From: Vermamoeba vermiformis
Taxonomy: Eukaryota
Assembly (NCBI GenBank): GCA_045837725.1
Contig: JBEWZL010000084.1
Span: forward strand, 496,001 to 560,000
Reading direction: 5' to 3'
DNA length: 64,000 bases
In this document: in pieces, positions 61,319 to 64,000 of the stretch
Layout of the letters: every line of letters starts with the position of its first letter
Numbering within the stretch: the first letter of the stretch is position 1
The notes under the pieces: generated by a model
What the model was told of the DNA's origin: nothing
The model's database searches: none
Seen by the model: only the letters and a program-made list of their open reading frames with translations
Made by a program: the position numbers and the translations under genes

Positions 61319-62141
61319 TCAACTCTTTGAGAATTGTTTCGATGCCATCCATTTCTTCATCAAACCAAGCACTTCCATTTGGTTATCTTTTGAAGATTTC
61401 AACATATTAAGCATCATAGTTTCAATATCCACCACCTCCTGACGATGGAGACCCTTTTTTGGAGAGGGAGGATTTTTTAAGGTTGTTGGATCTGGCTTCA
61501 CTTCAGTCACTTCGCTCTTAATTTTTTTCTTTCCATCAAGGTAGTTGTTCAACCATTCATTGCACTTCTTTGAGTCCCAAACCCTAGTAGTATCGATTTC
61601 TACAATGTTTATGGTAACAGAATGAGTAGGAGCAAGTCCAGGATCAGATTTGAGGTTGACAATTTTAACATTTGCACGGGAGCCGTTTGAAGTCCTGTAG
61701 ATAGCTGTAACAGTCCACCAAACATCAGAAGCCTTCAGATCCTCACTCGCATGCCAGGGGTAAGTTTAGTTTGTGTGTTGGTGGCTACATCAGTGAAGGT
61801 AATTGACTCGTAAAAATCCCGATGAATTTTTTTTGCTCCAAGGTCAATTGATTGGTTGGCATAAACACATTGCTCCACCTTTTTCTTCTTTGGTAATTTC
61901 TCTTTTGCCTTGGTTGGATTTTTTTGCTCACTTGCAACATTTTGTTGGATTCGACTTCAGATGAGCATGTTCAGCCATTATTTGGCTTGGATCAATAGGG
62001 CCTTCATCAACATCGAGGCAAAGAATTTCATTAAGTTTTTTGGGTGACTCTGCAGGTTTTTCTATGTTGTTGTTAGGTGCTGAAGCTCCTTTCTTTGGTC
62101 TTCCTTTTTTGGATGCTGATCAGATGGCTATTTTTTTCCAT
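61319..62141 (-). pseudogene. Decayed accessory ORF of the RAG-like element, with an AT-hook-like KKGRPKK motif
   Basis: A mostly open minus-strand frame with in-frame stops (…ASKKGRPKK…YPWHASEDLK…WLNNYLDGKKK…KQFSKS*). It lies inside the end motif at 61169 and is divergent from the transposase. Confidence 0.5.
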
Positions 62142-62341
62142 GATACCAACAGCTAAATAAATATCTGGTGCTTCTTTTTCAAATGAAATGCATTAAGAAG
62201 GTCGAGAGCAGGAAGGATTGATGAAGATTGAAAAGAAGAAAGACTTTGAAAAATTGATCTCCGAAAGAATGTTGCTCAAAATCACCAACTAGCCGTTACA
62301 AATATGCTAGGCTGTAATAAAATGCACATTATCTTTATAGC

Positions 62342-64000
62342 GATGATGGAAGCCCCAAAAAAGCGTTATTACCCAAAAAATTATGAAAAGACTCTCATGG
62401 GAGTGTTGGAAGCTCTTGCATCCAAAGTTTTGACGGATCTTAGCTCAAATCAGTGGCAAAGTGTTAGAAAAGCAGCTGGACTTCCAATCTATCGCAACGA
62501 ACTATCAAAAGCATTCAATAGAACCCTTAGTGATAATTCTTCCATCGTTTGAGATTTTGTAATGGGGCTTTTTTTGAGCCTGAATTTTTAATTTTGGAGA
62601 TTTTGGATCTGTACACTCAAAAACAAGCATTCAAACCTCCAGAAAAAAATGATATCAGCGTCAAGCTATCCTGGGACAATAGGAACATTTATAACAACAA
62701 GAAGACAAATGGATCAGTAGTTTTTAGCTTTCCAAATGTGGCCAAATCTCAAAGCTCATCCAACGTACATGAATTGCAATTGCTGCAATTCCAGAGGACT
62801 CTAGCAACCTAAGAATGCTGTTAAGAGAAGTAGAGTTGGATGAATTCATAGCAGAATATAATAACAAAATTGTGAATGTTAATGGAAAGGAGTATAAAAT
62901 TATTTTGTTCACATCCACGGATTGGATGGCATTAATTGCCAAACTTGATGATATAGCTCTTCCAAATACAAGGAGCTTGGATGATCTCATATGCCCATTC
63001 TGTGGTTGTAACAAGCACTACTTAAGATTTGGTTGGCATGAGGAGCCATTCAAGCTTGGAGATATTTCATTGGAAATTGATGATTTTCCAAAAGCAGCTC
63101 TACCCTCTCTTTTATTAAAATCTCTGCATGGAGTTACAAATATGCTTTCAAATGTCCTTGTTCTCCTCTTTAACCTGATACCCAAGAACTCAGGCTGTCG
63201 TACTCAGTTCAAGGTACTGTAACCTGCCAAATAACTCGGAATTTTTCGCTGAATTTTCCCGAGCGGATCGCGAACGAAATCAGTTACTTGGTCGAACGAT
63301 TGATTAATTTAATTATATATATACATAATACACCAAATTTAAGGCAAGCCAGCACTAATTGGCAAAAATTTTCAAACCAAATCCAAAATTAAACTAACGC
63401 GAATCCAAAATGTACAACGAATTTTGGCTTTCCTTGGGTACAAATCAACTAAAAATAATATTTTAAACCAACTTTGCGTGGTTTTGTGCAAAGCTTACCC
63501 AAAAATCAAAACCAAATCCAACTTCAATCCAACCGAATCCAAAATAACGACCGAATTTCAATGTGATAACCAAGAATTAGGTTGTTTATGATTATAAACA
63601 CCTATTCTTGTTGTGCCAAGGCCAAAATTTTGTTGTGTATGCCTAATTTTTATCGAACTACCAACGCGCGAACCGAAAAAAAAATAAAAATTCTATTTGT
63701 GTACGGCTGGATTCGAACTTGGAAAATTTACGAGTTATTACGCAGTTTACAGTAATTCTTCAAAAAAACCTTAGTGGATGGGATGTGAAACAAAGCATGA
63801 CTCCAATGCTCATGGATCCACATTTTTGGTGTTGGATTCAGTACGAGTATTTAATAATTTTGAATACAAAGAGTGCCCCAAAAAACAAGACTTTGATGTC
63901 TTGTGAACTGCAAGACAAGCATTCATCAGTGTCTACCATGGAAACCTTTGGTGGTTGACTGTGACTCAACATTTTATGACAAATGAAGCTTTGAGATTTG
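62342..64000 (+). pseudogene. Decayed DDE transposase of the RAG1/Transib/CMC (CCHH) group; continues beyond the window
   Basis: Ordered motifs VKLSWD (first Asp), FTSTDW (second Asp), ICPFC, SLHG and TQHFMTN. It has frameshifts and stops, and a MITE insertion whose removal restores the frame (FKV-ILQK). Confidence 0.68.
63217..63752. mobile_element. Tc1/mariner-type MITE inserted into the transposase
   Basis: About 30-bp TIRs CTGTAACCTGCCAAATAACTCGGAATTTTT ... AAAATTTACGAGTTATTACGCAGTTTACAG; TA on both flanks; internal AATCCAAAA repeats. Confidence 0.88.

Noticed and set aside
63776-63790. GGATGTG as the far end of the RAG-like element
   Set aside because: It lacks the preceding T-run and lies within the transposase reading frame.
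47100-64000. Bacterial contamination or an endogenous giant virus as the source of the AT-rich block
   Set aside because: Several genes have spliceosomal introns, eukaryotic transposons are interleaved, and I recognised no viral hallmark genes. A misassembly cannot be excluded without reads.

Overview
Gene-dense eukaryotic DNA with short spliceosomal introns. The gene content (Grl-type family-3 GPCRs, a Dcd1-like hydrolase) suggests a protist, probably an amoebozoan; this is an inference. The window has two compartments. About 1-43.1 kb is GC- and CpG-rich and carries some 21 host genes: MFS transporter, A20-macro protein, RRN3, tandem nucleotidyltransferase, DCXR-like SDR, PP2C, PH-TIPE protein, fatty acyl-CoA reductase, ITPK1, FERM, Ntn hydrolase, HEAT protein, RPF2, PAS protein, TALE homeobox, SET methyltransferase, two GPCRs, a secreted deaminase, a small membrane protein and an LRR protein. 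About 43.2-64 kb is AT-rich, largely CpG-depleted and full of transposon remnants: CACTA-type and Tc1/mariner-type MITEs and a decayed RAG1/Transib/CMC-like transposase. Within it lies a candidate secondary-metabolite cluster: a KMO-like flavin monooxygenase, an intronless bacterial-type indole prenyltransferase (DMATS), a beta-propeller fusion, an ABC exporter, two membrane proteins and an APH-like kinase. Several of these genes are bordered by copies of one TIR-like signal (consensus CAAGACTATCACATCCAAAAAA) and separated by fragments of the RAG-like element, which suggests transposon-mediated cassette assembly. All calls come from reading motifs by eye; no searches were run. Exon coordinates are approximate where stated.
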